Shown here one piece after another: positions 19,465-31,438 of a stretch of 64,000 bases of DNA. This DNA comes from an uncultured Gammaproteobacteria bacterium (lineage in GTDB: Bacteria; Pseudomonadota; Gammaproteobacteria; UBA9214): NCBI GenBank assembly GCA_963827755.1, contig CAWHCQ010000031.1, positions 1-64,000 of the forward strand, in the 5' to 3' direction. The notes below the pieces were generated by a model. The model was not told the DNA's origin. It searched no databases and saw only the letters and a program-made list of their open reading frames with translations. Position numbers and translations under genes: made by a program. Position 1 is the first letter of the stretch. Each line of letters opens with the position of its first letter.

Positions 19465-22158
19465 TCATGTCAGCTTGCCATGGCATTGCTTGAATTTTTT
19501 ACCGGAACCACACGGGCAGGGCTCGTTGCGACCAACCTTTCTGCCTTCGCGGGTAAATGGCACAGCAGCCCGTGCAGGCGTCTCCTCTTCAGCCATCTGC
19601 CCGGGGTCCGCGTGCTGGAATTTCATCTTGGCATGACTGCGCCGCTGGTTTTCAACAGCCTCGACATCGGACTGTGCGCGCACCTGCACCTTGGAAAGCA
19701 CGCCGATAACTTCATGCTTGATACGATCAAGCATGTCTGTGAACATGGCAAAGGCTTCCTTTTTATACTCCTGCTTCGGATCCTTTTGTGCATAGCCGCG
19801 CAAGCCGATGCCCTGGCGCAGGTAGTCCATTGCGGCCAGGTGCTCTTTCCAGAATGAATCCAGCACCTGCAGCATCACTGCCTTCTCAAAATGCCTGACA
19901 ACATCTGCGCCTGCCGCAGCCTCCTTTTCCCTGTATGCAGCAACCATGCTCTCGATAATACGATCTCTAAGCAGGTCTTCGTGCAAATCATGATCATCTT
20001 CCAGCCACTGGCGAATCGGCAACTCCTGCCCGAACTCCTTGGCCAGCGCTTCTTCAAGCCCGGCAACATCCCATTGTTCGTCCAGACTGCCGGGGGGGAT
20101 AAATTCACTGATCTTGTCGCCGACGACATCGAGTCGGATAGCATCGACAATTTCCGAAACATCATCCACATCCATCAGTTCATTGCGCTGCTCATAGACA
20201 ACCTGGCGCTGATCGTTTGCGACATTATCAAACTCAAGCAGGGTCTTGCGGATATTGTAGTTATGCATCTCGACCTTGCGCTGGGCATTCTCGATTGCCT
20301 TTGAAACCCAGGGATGCTCGATGGATTCACCCTTCTCCATACCCAGTTTCTGCATCAAACCGGCCACCCGGTCCGAGGCAAAGATACGCATCAGGTTATC
20401 CTTGAGTGACAGGTAAAAACGGCTGGAACCCGGGTCACCCTGGCGGCCGGCACGGCCACGCAGCTGGTTATCAACACGCCTTGATTCATGGCGTTCGGTA
20501 CCGACAATATGCAGTCCGCCGGCAGCAAGCACCACTTCATGACGCTTTTTCCACGCCTCCCTGACCTGCTTTACCCGCGCCTCGTCCGCAGCATCAACAC
20601 TTTCAAGTTCAACCGCAAGATTGCCACCGAGCACAATATCCGTACCACGGCCCGCCATATTGGTTGCAATGGTAACCTGCCCGGGCAGACCTGCCTGGGC
20701 GACAACCTGCGCTTCTTTCTCGTGCTGCTTGGCGTTGAGTACAGAGTGCCTGATATTGGCCTTGTCGAGCATTTTCGATAATTGCTCGGACACATCGACT
20801 GATGCCGTACCTACCAGTACCGGCTGGCCCCGCTTCTGGCAGTCCCGCACATCTTCCATAATGGCGTCATATTTTTCTTCAATCGTCAGGTAAACGAGGT
20901 CACCCCTGTCGTCCCTTATCATTTCATTATCGGTGGGTATCACGACCACTTCGAGCCCGTAGGTCTGCTGCAACTCGAATGCTTCGGTTTCTGCCGTCCC
21001 CGTCATGCCGGAAAGTTTGTTGTAGGTACGAAAATAGTTCTGGAAGGTAATGGCGGCCAGCGTCTGGCTCTCTTTCTTGATCGGAACGCCTTCCTTCGCT
21101 TCAACCGCCTGGTGCAGCCCTTCTGACCAGCGCCTGCCCGGCATTGTCCTGCCGGTAAACTCGTCAACGATGACGATCTGACCATCCTGCACGATGTAGT
21201 CAACATCCGTCTTGAACAACAGGTGTGCGCGCAAACCGGCATTGAGGTGATGCATCAGGTTAAGGTTGGCCGCATCATAGAGGCTCTGTCCCTGCTGCAG
21301 CAGGTGATTTTCACCGAGTAATCTCTCTACTGTCTCGTGGCCCTGGTCCGTCAGGTAGACCTGCTTGCTTTTCTCTTCCAGGGTATAGTCACCGGGTCCA
21401 TCCTCCTCTACCTGTTCCTTCAGCAATGGAATCATGGCATTGATCTTGACGTACAAATCAGGCTGTTCATCTACCGGGCCCGAGATGATAAGCGGGGTCC
21501 GTGCCTCATCGATGAGGATGGAATCAACTTCATCGACGATGGCGTAATTACGGTTCCTCTGCACCCTTTCCGCTGCAGTAAACGCCATGTTGTCGCGCAA
21601 ATAATCGAAGCCAAATTCATTATTCGTGCCGTAGGTGATATCAGCCTCATAGGCCGCTTTTTTGTCTTCATAAGACTGGCTGGATACCACCACACCGGTG
21701 GTCATGCCGAGAAACCCGTACGCCTTGCCCATCCACTCGGCGTCACGCCGGGCAAGGTAGTCATTCACGGTAACAATGTGCACGCCTTCTCCGGACAGTG
21801 CATTCAGGTAGGCGGCCAGCGTCGCAACCAGGGTCTTGCCTTCACCGGTACGCATCTCGGCTATCATGCCATTGTGCAAAACCATCCCGCCAAGCAGCTG
21901 CACATCGAAATGACGCATCTGCAGGGAACGCCAGGCAGCCTCGCGCACGGCGGCAAATGCCTCGGGAAGCAAGTCAGCCAGGGTCTCACCCTCGGCCAGG
22001 CGGGAACGAAACTCGCTCGTCTTTGCCCGCAGTTCATCATCTGACAGGCTTTTGAAGCCGGGTTCCAGATCGTTGATCGAGTTAACGACCCGGGACAAAC
22101 GTTTGAGCTGGCGCTCGTTACTGGTGCCGAACAGCTTGCGTAATATATTAAGTGCCAT
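19465..22158 (-). CDS. secA: Preprotein translocase ATPase SecA
   Basis: [40 protein letters not shown] and C-terminal [13 protein letters not shown]. Confidence 0.98.
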   Translation of the reverse strand: MALNILRKLFGTSNERQLKRLSRVVNSINDLEPGFKSLSDDELRAKTSEFRSRLAEGETLADLLPEAFAAVREAAWRSLQMRHFDVQLLGGMVLHNGMIAEMRTGEGKTLVATLAAYLNALSGEGVHIVTVNDYLARRDAEWMGKAYGFLGMTTGVVVSSQSYEDKKAAYEADITYGTNNEFGFDYLRDNMAFTAAERVQRNRNYAIVDEVDSILIDEARTPLIISGPVDEQPDLYVKINAMIPLLKEQVEEDGPGDYTLEEKSKQVYLTDQGHETVERLLGENHLLQQGQSLYDAANLNLMHHLNAGLRAHLLFKTDVDYIVQDGQIVIVDEFTGRTMPGRRWSEGLHQAVEAKEGVPIKKESQTLAAITFQNYFRTYNKLSGMTGTAETEAFELQQTYGLEVVVIPTDNEMIRDDRGDLVYLTIEEKYDAIMEDVRDCQKRGQPVLVGTASVDVSEQLSKMLDKANIRHSVLNAKQHEKEAQVVAQAGLPGQVTIATNMAGRGTDIVLGGNLAVELESVDAADEARVKQVREAWKKRHEVVLAAGGLHIVGTERHESRRVDNQLRGRAGRQGDPGSSRFYLSLKDNLMRIFASDRVAGLMQKLGMEKGESIEHPWVSKAIENAQRKVEMHNYNIRKTLLEFDNVANDQRQVVYEQRNELMDVDDVSEIVDAIRLDVVGDKISEFIPPGSLDEQWDVAGLEEALAKEFGQELPIRQWLEDDHDLHEDLLRDRIIESMVAAYREKEAAAGADVVRHFEKAVMLQVLDSFWKEHLAAMDYLRQGIGLRGYAQKDPKQEYKKEAFAMFTDMLDRIKHEVIGVLSKVQVRAQSDVEAVENQRRSHAKMKFQHADPGQMAEEETPARAAVPFTREGRKVGRNEPCPCGSGKKFKQCHGKLT

Positions 22159-22293
22159 GAATTTATAGGAGAATGTTAGTCAATGAGGAGGAGCATAATA
22201 CCCCAACTGCCTGCAAATTAGCAGGTAAAAACCGGTAAATCAGAGCGGGAAAATGACCCCGGGCGCGCGAACGGCGACAAGGGAAGATGCGGT

Positions 22294-23205
22294 CTACTGG
22301 CCTATAAACCTGGCAGGATCGACGCGTTCGCCGTTATGCAAAACTTCAAAATGCACGTGCGGGCCGGTGGAGCGGCCACTGGAACCCATCATGGCGATTT
22401 GCTGCCCCTTCTTGACGGTATCACCGGCTGTCACCAGGTGGCGCTGATTGTGCCCGTAACGGGTAACATAACCATTGCCGTGATTGATCTCGATCATCTT
22501 GCCGTAGCCAGAGCGCCTTCCTGACCAGCTAACCACCCCGTCACCCACGGCCAGAACGTCCGAACCTTTCTTGCCGGCAAAATCCAGGCCCTTGTGAAAA
22601 TCCTGCTTGCCGGTAAATGGATCGCTGCGCTTGCCGTACCTTGAAGATAACCAGCCTTCCTCAACCGGCTTGCCGGAAGGCATGACGCGATCATGCAGGC
22701 TCCTGCTCATGAGCAGCACTTCCAGCACCGAAAGCATCTCTTGCCGGTCGTACAATTCACTATCAAGCTGGTCAAGCGAGGAAAGAAAGTCGGAAAAGTG
22801 CACAGACTCTGTATCCAGGCTCTCACTGGGTCCACCGACGGCGGGAACGTCGTCAAAATTGAACTCGTTCCTGTCAAGATCGGCCTGCGCCACAAGGCGT
22901 GAGCCCAATGCATTCAGACGTAAAATCTGTGCCTGCATTTTTCCTATTCGCAGCGTCAATGCATCCAGTTCAATCTCTGCATCATGACGGGTGGCGGCGA
23001 TCTCTGCCCGCTGATGCTCAACCAGGTTTCTCCAGTCTGCAAGGTGTCTGGTGTCATTTTCAACCAGGCGTGTACCGGTATAGACCGCTATAGCCATAAG
23101 CACGAGAAGGCCGAGGACTACTGCCAGTCCGAAGCGAAACGGATTGACCTCGATACTCCAGGCCTTTGTGCGCATGTTTGTTGACAGTATGAGATTCATA
23201 TTCAT
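22294..23205 (-). CDS. M23 family metallopeptidase
   Basis: N-terminal TM and coiled coil, then HKGLD, YGH and TGPHVHFE motifs. Confidence 0.92.
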   Translation of the reverse strand: MNMNLILSTNMRTKAWSIEVNPFRFGLAVVLGLLVLMAIAVYTGTRLVENDTRHLADWRNLVEHQRAEIAATRHDAEIELDALTLRIGKMQAQILRLNALGSRLVAQADLDRNEFNFDDVPAVGGPSESLDTESVHFSDFLSSLDQLDSELYDRQEMLSVLEVLLMSRSLHDRVMPSGKPVEEGWLSSRYGKRSDPFTGKQDFHKGLDFAGKKGSDVLAVGDGVVSWSGRRSGYGKMIEINHGNGYVTRYGHNQRHLVTAGDTVKKGQQIAMMGSSGRSTGPHVHFEVLHNGERVDPARFIGQ

Positions 23206-23221
23206 AATGGTTCAGGTAGCC

Positions 23222-23662
23222 ATGAACAAACCTTCGAAAATTAGTAAATTAACCGGCGGCAGCAGATACAAGCAGCTGCTTTCCAGGGCAAGGGAATTGA
23301 TGGCGCTCGACAAAATGCTGCATGAACTGATCCCCCCGCCACTTAATGAACATTGCAGAACCCTTAACGTCGCAGGCAGCACCCTGGTACTGGCCGCCGA
23401 TTCACCTGTCTGGGCGGCCCGGCTGCGATTCCATGCCCCGCAGATAGTAAAACAACTGTCCGGCTACCATCCCGTTGACATACGTGCCGTGCGTATTCGG
23501 GTAAGACCACCCGCAAACCCGGTTCAAGCCGGAAAACGCCAGAACACCGCGAGACGCTCACCCCAGGGTGCGGCCGCTCTGAAGCGGCTTGCACATACTA
23601 TATCGGATCCTACCCTGAAATCTGGACTTTTACGACTGGCCAGCCGCCACCTTACCCGCTAG
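23222..23662 (+). CDS. DciA/DUF721-family protein
   Basis: LVLAADSPVWAARLRF motif; usual position between lpxC and M23/secA on the opposite strand. Confidence 0.75.
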   Translation: MNKPSKISKLTGGSRYKQLLSRARELMALDKMLHELIPPPLNEHCRTLNVAGSTLVLAADSPVWAARLRFHAPQIVKQLSGYHPVDIRAVRIRVRPPANPVQAGKRQNTARRSPQGAAALKRLAHTISDPTLKSGLLRLASRHLTR

Positions 23663-23700
23663 TTTCAGGCAGGATATTGATTTATATGTAATAAATCAGC

Positions 23701-24612
23701 CTAGCTGGAGGGTACCGGCTGGAGAAACGAAATCGGTGCTTCTGTGACATCTTCGAAGGTCACTTCTTCCCAGGCCGATTCATCGGCGATCAAGGTCCGC
23801 AGGAGTTCGTTATTCAGGGCATGGCCTGATTTGTATCCATCAAAGGCACCGATCAGGCTGTGACCAAGCAGGTAGAGGTCACCAATCGCATCGAGGATCT
23901 TGTGCTTCACGAATTCATCACGATAACGCAGGCCGTCTTCATTCAGTACCCGGTAGTCATCCAGCACCACGGCATTATCAAGGCTGCCGCCCAATGCCAG
24001 CTTGCGTTCACGTAACTGCTCTATTTCATGCATGAAACCGAATGTCCGCGCACGGCTGACTTCCTTGACGAAGGATGTCGTGGAAAAATCTATTTCAGAA
24101 TGCTGTGTATCGGTCTTGAAAACCGGGTGATCGAATACAATGGTAAAACCAACCTTGAAACCGTCAAAAGGTACGAAACGGGCGACCTTGTCGCCATTTG
24201 TGACCTGAACCGGCTTCTTGATTCGAATAAAACGCTTGGCAGCATTCTGTTCTTCGATACCGGCTGACTGAATCAGGAATACGAACGGCCCCGCGCTGCC
24301 ATCCATAATCGGTACTTCTGCGGCACTCAAATCAACATAGGCATTATCAATGCCCAGGCCAGCCATCGCAGACAACAGGTGCTCAACCGTTGAGATACGC
24401 ACATCGCCCTTCACAAGGGTTGTAGAAAGGCGGGTATCACCGACATTTTCGGGGCTGGCTGGTATCTGGACGATTTCATCCAGATCAACACGACAGAATA
24501 CGATACCGGTATCGACAGGTGCCGGTCGTAGTGTTAGATAGATCTTTTCACCGGTGTGCAGACCCACACCTGTTGCGCGAATTACGTTCTTCAGTGTACG
24601 TTGACGAATCAT
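23701..24612 (-). CDS. lpxC: UDP-3-O-acyl-GlcNAc deacetylase
   Basis: [16 protein letters not shown] and [10 protein letters not shown]. Confidence 0.97.
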   Translation of the reverse strand: MIRQRTLKNVIRATGVGLHTGEKIYLTLRPAPVDTGIVFCRVDLDEIVQIPASPENVGDTRLSTTLVKGDVRISTVEHLLSAMAGLGIDNAYVDLSAAEVPIMDGSAGPFVFLIQSAGIEEQNAAKRFIRIKKPVQVTNGDKVARFVPFDGFKVGFTIVFDHPVFKTDTQHSEIDFSTTSFVKEVSRARTFGFMHEIEQLRERKLALGGSLDNAVVLDDYRVLNEDGLRYRDEFVKHKILDAIGDLYLLGHSLIGAFDGYKSGHALNNELLRTLIADESAWEEVTFEDVTEAPISFLQPVPSS

Positions 24613-24670
24613 GGCTTCATAGTCCTCGAAGGGCAGTTGTCTAATGGACAACTACCAAAAAAGCCGCGGG

Positions 24671-24735
24671 ATGCTAGCACAGACCCCCCAACCCTGCAAC
24701 AGCAGCAGGCCACGTATAATGTGACCTGCGTCACA
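24671..24735 (-). promoter_or_regulatory. Candidate lpxC promoter with upstream CRP/Vfr-type site
   Basis: Minus strand TTGCAG-17 bp-TAGCAT with extended -10 TG (24671-24699), plus TGTGA-N6-TCACA at 24720-24735. Confidence 0.55.
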
Positions 24736-24846
24736 ACATTCGCATCTTCAGCGTAAGTCTACCTGTTACAAACAAAAATAATAGCCCTGTTTTTATTATG
24801 GTTGTAGCGACCGGCGCGCCGCTCTCACGCCCTTGCCCGGACTGTT

Positions 24847-25995
24847 TCAGTCTGCCTGGCGCCTCAGAAAGGCCGGTATGTCGAGATAATCCATGTCTCC
24901 CTCGACACTTGCCCCGGCTGATTTTGCCCGCTCAGCCGCCTGGTTGCGAAGAATCGTCGGCCGGTCAAAATCCTGCGACTCGGGTGCCGGGTGGCGCACA
25001 TGCACCAGCGTTGGCTTTTCACCGGGCTTTTGCCGGTTATCAATACCCAGACCGGTAGCGACGACTGTCACGCGCAGTTCATCACGCATATCCGGGTCAA
25101 TCACCGTGCCGACAACTACGGTGGCATTCTCGGAGGCGAACTCCTTCACGGTATTGCCGACTTCCTCGAATTCCCCGATGGCGAGGTCCATACCGGCCGT
25201 GACGTTCACCAGGATGCCATGGGCGCCCATCAGGTCAATATCATCCAGCAAGGGACTGGCAATCGCTGCCTCGGCGGCTTCGCGGGCACGATCAGTGCCC
25301 TTGGCGGTACCCGAACCCATCATCGCCATACCCATCTCGGACATCACCGTGCGCACATCCGCGAAATCCACGTTGATCAGTCCGGGCCGCGTGATCAGCT
25401 CGGCAATCCCCTGCACGGCACCCTGCAACACGTCGTTTGCCGCACGGAACGCATCCAGCAGGCTGATTTCCTTGCCCAGCACGGCCTGCAGCTTTTCGTT
25501 CGGGATGGTGATCAGGGAATCCACGTACTGGCTCAGCTCCTTGATGCCATTATGTGCAATATGCAAACGCTTGCTGCCTTCAAAGGTGAACGGCTTGGTC
25601 ACCACTGCCACCGTGAGTATGCCCATTTCCCTGGCAATCTGTGCGACCACCGGTGCCGCCCCGGTACCTGTACCGCCACCCATACCGGCAGTAATAAACA
25701 GCATATCAGTCCCCTCGATGACCTCCCTGATGCGCTCCTCGTCATCATGGGCCGCCTGCCTGCCGATATCCGGATTGGCCCCGGCGCCAAGTCCCTTGGT
25801 GATCAGCCCGCCGATCTGCAGGGTGGTACGCGCGGTCATGTCCTTCAATGCCTGCGCATCCGTATTCGTTACAATAAATTCCACCCCGTCGATATTGGCT
25901 TCGACCATATGCTGGACAGCATTACCGCCACCGCCACCTACACCGATTACCTTGATTACCGCACTTTGTCCGCAAGAATCCAATAACTCAAACAT
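24847..25995 (-). CDS. ftsZ: Cell division protein FtsZ
   Basis: GMGGGTGTGAAP and C-terminal YLDIPAFLRRQAD. Confidence 0.98.
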   Translation of the reverse strand: MFELLDSCGQSAVIKVIGVGGGGGNAVQHMVEANIDGVEFIVTNTDAQALKDMTARTTLQIGGLITKGLGAGANPDIGRQAAHDDEERIREVIEGTDMLFITAGMGGGTGTGAAPVVAQIAREMGILTVAVVTKPFTFEGSKRLHIAHNGIKELSQYVDSLITIPNEKLQAVLGKEISLLDAFRAANDVLQGAVQGIAELITRPGLINVDFADVRTVMSEMGMAMMGSGTAKGTDRAREAAEAAIASPLLDDIDLMGAHGILVNVTAGMDLAIGEFEEVGNTVKEFASENATVVVGTVIDPDMRDELRVTVVATGLGIDNRQKPGEKPTLVHVRHPAPESQDFDRPTILRNQAAERAKSAGASVEGDMDYLDIPAFLRRQAD

Positions 25996-26097
25996 GATGT
26001 CTCCTCCTTATAGAAACAGCAAAAAAACCCTTTCGTTAAAATAAAAAATCTGCCATACCAATCTCATTTGCCATGACAGGCTGCAACCCTCTACTGC

Positions 26098-27333
26098 CTA
26101 AAAATTACCCTGAAACCAACCCTTCATACGCTCCCACACCCCGCTTAAACCCTTGCCCAAACCACCGTCCAGCGAACGCTGGTCACGATTCTGATGACCG
26201 AACAGCAACAGCCCGACACCGGTTGAATAAATCGGGTTACGCACGACATCCACCAGCCCCGTCACATACTGCGGCACTCCCAGCCGCACCGGCATATGAA
26301 ATATTTCCTCTGCCAGCTCCACCAGGCCCTCGATCTTGGCACTCCCCCCGGTCAGTACGATTCCGGCGGCGACCCGGTCTTCAAAGCCGCTGCGTTGCAA
26401 CTCGGCCTGTATCAGCCCCAGCAGTTCTTCATAACGCGGCTCCACCACTTCGGCCAGCGTATGACGCGCCAGTTTCCGCGGCGGCCGGTCGCCGACACTC
26501 GGCACCTCGATACTCTCCTCCGCACCGGCCATCTGGGTCAGCGCACAGGCATATTTAATCTTGATTTCTTCTGCATTCTGCGTCGGTGTACGCAGGGCAA
26601 CCGCAATATCATTGGTCACCTGGTCACCCGCTATCGGTATAACCGCGGTATGGCGAATCGAGCCCTCGGTAAAAATAGCGATATCCGTGGTTCCGCCACC
26701 GATATCCACCAGGCATATGCCGAGATCCTTCTCATCGTCCGTCAGCACCGAGTAACTCGATGCCAGCTGCTCGAGGATAATGTCATCGACCTCCAGGCCG
26801 CAGCGGCGCACACACTTGATAATGTTCTGTGCTGCACTGACTGCGCCGGTGACCATGTGCACCTTGGCTTCCAGCCGCACACCGGACATACCAACCGGTT
26901 CGCGTATACCTTCCTGGTTATCGATCAGAAATTCCTGGGGGAGAATATGCAGGATCTTCTGGTCGGCAGGTATCGCAACGGCACGTGCCGCATCGATCAC
27001 CCGCTCAACGTCATTCGGCGTCACTTCCTTGTCACGGATTGCCACGATCCCGTGCGAATTCAGGCTGCGTATGTGGCTGCCCGCAATACCGGCAAACACG
27101 GAATGAATCTGGCAACCGGCCATCAATTCCGCTTCTTCAACGGCACGCTGAATCGAGTGCACGGTAGACTCAATATTGACGACCACGCCCTTTTTCAGTC
27201 CCCTTGACGGATGCGAGCCGATGCCGATCACCTCCAGGTTATCTTCCGGCATAATTTCACCGACAATAGCAACCACCTTGGAGGTGCCGATATCCAGCCC
27301 GACGATCAGTTGCTTTTCATCCTTCTTCGACAT
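26098..27333 (-). CDS. ftsA: Cell division protein FtsA
   Basis: VGLDIGTSKV and VDIGGGTTD. Confidence 0.98.
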   Translation of the reverse strand: MSKKDEKQLIVGLDIGTSKVVAIVGEIMPEDNLEVIGIGSHPSRGLKKGVVVNIESTVHSIQRAVEEAELMAGCQIHSVFAGIAGSHIRSLNSHGIVAIRDKEVTPNDVERVIDAARAVAIPADQKILHILPQEFLIDNQEGIREPVGMSGVRLEAKVHMVTGAVSAAQNIIKCVRRCGLEVDDIILEQLASSYSVLTDDEKDLGICLVDIGGGTTDIAIFTEGSIRHTAVIPIAGDQVTNDIAVALRTPTQNAEEIKIKYACALTQMAGAEESIEVPSVGDRPPRKLARHTLAEVVEPRYEELLGLIQAELQRSGFEDRVAAGIVLTGGSAKIEGLVELAEEIFHMPVRLGVPQYVTGLVDVVRNPIYSTGVGLLLFGHQNRDQRSLDGGLGKGLSGVWERMKGWFQGNF

Positions 27334-27354
27334 ACCGATTATTCCCCGGCCTGT

Positions 27355-28131
27355 TCAAGCCCGTTCCGCCCCGGCAGCTGCCGGAACGTCTTGCCGCCAA
27401 TACACTGAAAAACCGTTACTGTAGCGAAGGTCAATGTGCTGCACTCCATCCATGCGTCCGTCGAATACAGCCGCATAGGCATGCACCAGACGCTGCAGAC
27501 GCTGCCATACCTTCACTCGTCCTATCTCAAGCTGAACTCCACTGGCCAGTTGCAGGTGCCAGGCACGACGGTCATCGAGCTCCAGGCGGCTGATCTTCAT
27601 CCCCACTGGCGCCAGCAAGGCTGAAGCCTGCTGATACTGTTCCAGCACCCTGGTCTCCTGGCCTGCCGGTCCAGCCAGGCCGGGAAGCCCGGCGGCTGCC
27701 ACTGGCTCTTCGGGAACAAACGACTCTCCGAAACGGTTTATAAAACCCTGCCCGCCCCAGCGCGCAATCGGCTGCTGCTCTTCTATCTGCAAACGCAGGC
27801 TGTCCGGCCAGACCCGCTGCACCTTCGCCTGGTACACCCACGGCAACTGCTCGGCTGCTGCGCATATTGCGGCGACATCCACGGTAAAAAAACCGCCTTC
27901 CGTATGCGGTGCAATCGATCGCTCCAGCCGCGCCCTGTCCAGGTACCTGAAATCACCCTTTACCTCGACCACGTTGAGTGGAAACCGGTGCGGGTCGGCA
28001 AACCACCGCATACCAAGGTGCAGCAGCACAACCAGCAGGGTAATCATCACCAGCCCGGAAAGCGTCCGTGCATTGGTCTTCAGGAACTGCAGGAGAACCT
28101 GCACGCCTGCCGGCGAGTTACGCACCGCCAT
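27355..28131 (-). CDS. ftsQ: Cell division protein FtsQ
   Basis: TM helix, POTRA region LPWV...VQRVWPD and IDLRYSNGFSV; dcw position. Confidence 0.92.
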   Translation of the reverse strand: MAVRNSPAGVQVLLQFLKTNARTLSGLVMITLLVVLLHLGMRWFADPHRFPLNVVEVKGDFRYLDRARLERSIAPHTEGGFFTVDVAAICAAAEQLPWVYQAKVQRVWPDSLRLQIEEQQPIARWGGQGFINRFGESFVPEEPVAAAGLPGLAGPAGQETRVLEQYQQASALLAPVGMKISRLELDDRRAWHLQLASGVQLEIGRVKVWQRLQRLVHAYAAVFDGRMDGVQHIDLRYSNGFSVYWRQDVPAAAGAERA

Positions 28132-29077
28132 GCTGAACCTCCCGCGCGGCACCCATACTGGTATCCAGTATCCGGCAGACAAGCTCCTCAAAACCGGTAC
28201 CCGCCGCCCTGGCTGCCATCGGCACAAGGCTATGGTCAGTCAGGCCGGGCACGGTATTCACTTCAATAAACCAGGGCCTTGCCGACTCATCCAGCATGAA
28301 ATCAACGCGCCCCCAGCCGGCGGCACCGACAGCCAGGAATGCAGCACGCGACACGGCCTGCAACTCCGACTCCTGCACAGCCTCCAGTCCGCAGGGAATC
28401 AGGTAGCGGGTCGCATCGGATTCGTATTTTGCCGCGTAGTCATAGAAGGCATTCGGTGTCTCCAGGCGAATCAATGGCAGCACCTCTTCGGCAATAATTC
28501 CGGCCGTATATTCCGTGCCATCAATCCATTGCTCGGCAATAACCGAATCGTCATAACGCGCAGCCAGTTGCCAGGCGTCTGCCAGGGCCGCGGCAGACTC
28601 CACCTTGCTGATACCGATACTCGATCCTTCATGTGCCGGTTTGACAATCACGGGATACTTGAGTGTGTCCCTGACAGCCGCCACGTCCGAGCGGTTTTTC
28701 AGCAGTGCGAATGCCGGCGTCGGAATCCCCGCACTTTGCCAGACCTGCTTGGTGCGTAACTTGTCCATCGCCAGTGCCGACCCCAGCACACCACTGCCGG
28801 TATAGGGAATGCCGAGCATTTCCAGCATGCCCTGCACAACACCGTCTTCACCACCACGACCATGCAGTGCAATAAAGGCCCGTGTACAGGTCTCGCGTTT
28901 CAGTGCCTCGAGAAAATCCCCGGCCGCCGTGTCCTGGCCATGCGCATCGATGCCCTGCGCCTGCAATGCCTGCAGCACAGCCAGCCCGCTAAGCAGCGAA
29001 ATCTCGCGCTCGGCTGAACGTCCACCCATCAGCACAACCACCTTGCCATAATCCCTGTCTGCTGCACGCGTATTCAT
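28118..29077 (-). CDS. ddl: D-alanine--D-alanine ligase
   Basis: GGRSAEREISL, LHGRGGEDG and EVNTVPG. Confidence 0.96.
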   Translation of the reverse strand: MNTRAADRDYGKVVVLMGGRSAEREISLLSGLAVLQALQAQGIDAHGQDTAAGDFLEALKRETCTRAFIALHGRGGEDGVVQGMLEMLGIPYTGSGVLGSALAMDKLRTKQVWQSAGIPTPAFALLKNRSDVAAVRDTLKYPVIVKPAHEGSSIGISKVESAAALADAWQLAARYDDSVIAEQWIDGTEYTAGIIAEEVLPLIRLETPNAFYDYAAKYESDATRYLIPCGLEAVQESELQAVSRAAFLAVGAAGWGRVDFMLDESARPWFIEVNTVPGLTDHSLVPMAARAAGTGFEELVCRILDTSMGAAREVQHGGA

Positions 29078-29988
29078 CCCCGTTTCACTTTGCCGTGCTC
29101 ACCGACGATGCGCACTTCCGTGATCAGACGTACACCCTGTGCCTGCTCGACGCGGTCCTGTACTTCAATGATCAATGCTTCTATGTCGGTCGCCGTCGCG
29201 GTCCCGGTATTGACTATGAAATTGGCATGTTTCTCCGAGACCTGTGCGCCACCCCGGGTCAGCCCCTTGAGACCGCTTGCCTCGATCAGTCGTGCGGCAA
29301 AATCGCCCGGCGGGTTGCGAAATACCGAACCACAACTGGGTTGTTGCGTCGGCTGGGTCGCACCGCGGCGCGCCAGCAAACCCTGAATACGTTCCCGGGC
29401 AGCCGCTGCATCCCCGTGCTGCAGCGCAAGGGTTGCCGCCAGGAACCACTCGCCCGCCACGCCCGCGACGCTGCGATAGGCAACGCGGTATTCGGATGGC
29501 AGGCGCGTATGCAGCCGCCCGGCCCTGTCGATGGTGTCCACGGCCGTCACCTGTGCCCATGTCTCTCCTTCAAATGCGCCGGCATTCATGGCCAGCGCGC
29601 CCCCCATGGTGCCGGGAATACCCGCCAGGAACTCTGCACCGGTGAGGCCTCTGCCGGCGGTAACACGCGCCACTTTTGAACAGGTCATACCGGCACCGAC
29701 GCGTACAGTCTGTTCATCGATCCAGTGCATCTCTGTCAGCGCGCCAAAAGTAAAAATCACCGTCCCGGGGAAACCGCCGTCGCGAACCAGCAGGTTGCTG
29801 CCGAGACCCAGCCAGAGGAGCGGTTCATCGGGATCAAGTCCGGCCAGGAACCGGCCCAGGTCCTCGACATCCGCCGGTTTGTAAAAACGCCGCGCACAAC
29901 CACCTGCCCGCCACGAGGTATGGCCTTTCATGGGCTCGTCATACTTCATCTCACCTTGCCAGTGCTGTGTTTTTTCCGCGGCCATCAT
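29074..29988 (-). CDS. murB: UDP-N-acetylmuramate dehydrogenase
   Basis: GLGSNLLVRD, GIPGTMGGALAMNAGA, SCGSVFRNP and SEKHANF. Confidence 0.96.
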   Translation of the reverse strand: MMAAEKTQHWQGEMKYDEPMKGHTSWRAGGCARRFYKPADVEDLGRFLAGLDPDEPLLWLGLGSNLLVRDGGFPGTVIFTFGALTEMHWIDEQTVRVGAGMTCSKVARVTAGRGLTGAEFLAGIPGTMGGALAMNAGAFEGETWAQVTAVDTIDRAGRLHTRLPSEYRVAYRSVAGVAGEWFLAATLALQHGDAAAARERIQGLLARRGATQPTQQPSCGSVFRNPPGDFAARLIEASGLKGLTRGGAQVSEKHANFIVNTGTATATDIEALIIEVQDRVEQAQGVRLITEVRIVGEHGKVKRG

Positions 29989-29995
29989 TCCAGTG

Positions 29996-31438
29996 TCACC
30001 GTGATCCCGCAGCCAGTTCGGCGGGCAGGCGGGCCGCCGCCGCCCCGATATCACCCGCGCCCAGTGTCAGCAGGATGTCTCCGTCGTGCAGCAAGTCACC
30101 CAACACCTCCGGCAATGCCGTCAACTCTTCCAGGAACACCGGGTCAATATGACCACGTGCACGTATGCCGCGCGCCAGCGCCCGGCCATCGGCGCCACTG
30201 ATCGGTGTCTCGCCCGCGGCGTATACTTCACACAGCACCAGCACGTCAACCGCAGACAACACCTGTATAAAGTCATCGAACAGGTCATGCGTGCGCGTAT
30301 AACGGTGCGGCTGGAATACCACGACGAGGCGGCGTTCCGGCCAGCCTGTACGCACTGCAGCCAGCGTCGGTGCAATCTCCCGCGGATGATGCGCATAATC
30401 GTCGATCATCAGCACGCGACCTGCCGGTGTTGTAATTTCACCGGCCATCTGGAAACGACGCCCGATTCCCTGGAAGCCGGCCAGGCCTTGCTGGATTGCC
30501 TTGTCAGGCACGCCCAGTTCAGTTGCAACGGCAATGGCCGCCAGTGCATTCAACACGTTGTGATGACCCGGAAGATTCAGGGTAATTGCCAATACCCCGT
30601 CATGCCCCGGACGACGTACATTGAAATGTGTCTGAATTTCATGCTGGCGTATCTCGCTTGCCACCACATCGGCGGCGGATTCAATCCCGTAGGTAATAAC
30701 CGGCCGGGTGACCTCACCGAGAATACCGCGCACCTCTGGATCATCGAGGCAGAGTACGGCCAGACCGTAAAAGGGCAGATGGTGCAGAAACTCGATAAAG
30801 ATGTGGCGCAAGCGTTCGAAATCGCCCTGGTAGGTAGGCAAATGGTCTGCATCGATGTTCGTGACGATGGCCATGGAAGGCTGAAGGTAAAGAAAGGACG
30901 CATCACTCTCGTCGGCTTCCGCCACCAGGTAATAACCGCTGCCGAGCTGCGCATGGCTTGCTGCGCTGTTCAGCTGCCCGCCAATTACAAAAGTCGGGTC
31001 AAAACCGCCCTCGGCAAGCAGGCTGGCAATCAGGCTGGTGGTGGTTGTCTTGCCATGTGTACCCGCCACACCGATGCCGTAACGAAAACGCATCAGTTCA
31101 GCCAGCATCTCTGCCCGCGGCACAACCGGTACACGGCGTTCACGTGCTGCCAGAATCTCGGGGTTGTCAGCAGCAATCGCCGTTGAGACCACAACCGCAT
31201 CACAGGCAGACACATGCGCCGCATCGTGACCGATAAAAATCTGCACCCCCTTGTCTTGCAAGCGGCGGGTCACGGCATTCTCGCGTAAATCCGAACCACT
31301 GACTTCATAGCCCAGGTTATGCAGCACTTCGGCGATACCGCCCATGCCTGCACCCCCGGCGCCCACCAGGTGAATACGCCGAACCCGACCCATTCCATGC
31401 GGCTGGGCGGCGGCGGTTGGATGCTGTATCACGGTCAT
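29996..31438 (-). CDS. murC: UDP-N-acetylmuramate--L-alanine ligase
   Basis: [16 protein letters not shown] and DDYAHHP; ATGA overlap with the murG stop. Confidence 0.96.
   Translation of the reverse strand: MTVIQHPTAAAQPHGMGRVRRIHLVGAGGAGMGGIAEVLHNLGYEVSGSDLRENAVTRRLQDKGVQIFIGHDAAHVSACDAVVVSTAIAADNPEILAARERRVPVVPRAEMLAELMRFRYGIGVAGTHGKTTTTSLIASLLAEGGFDPTFVIGGQLNSAASHAQLGSGYYLVAEADESDASFLYLQPSMAIVTNIDADHLPTYQGDFERLRHIFIEFLHHLPFYGLAVLCLDDPEVRGILGEVTRPVITYGIESAADVVASEIRQHEIQTHFNVRRPGHDGVLAITLNLPGHHNVLNALAAIAVATELGVPDKAIQQGLAGFQGIGRRFQMAGEITTPAGRVLMIDDYAHHPREIAPTLAAVRTGWPERRLVVVFQPHRYTRTHDLFDDFIQVLSAVDVLVLCEVYAAGETPISGADGRALARGIRARGHIDPVFLEELTALPEVLGDLLHDGDILLTLGAGDIGAAAARLPAELAAGSR

Noticed and set aside
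24893-26044. Long antisense ORFs opposite ftsZ (also opposite pilC, murC, ftsA and the gene at 1-777)
   Set aside because: They mirror conserved genes codon for codon, as expected from GC-rich codon bias, and have no recognisable motifs.
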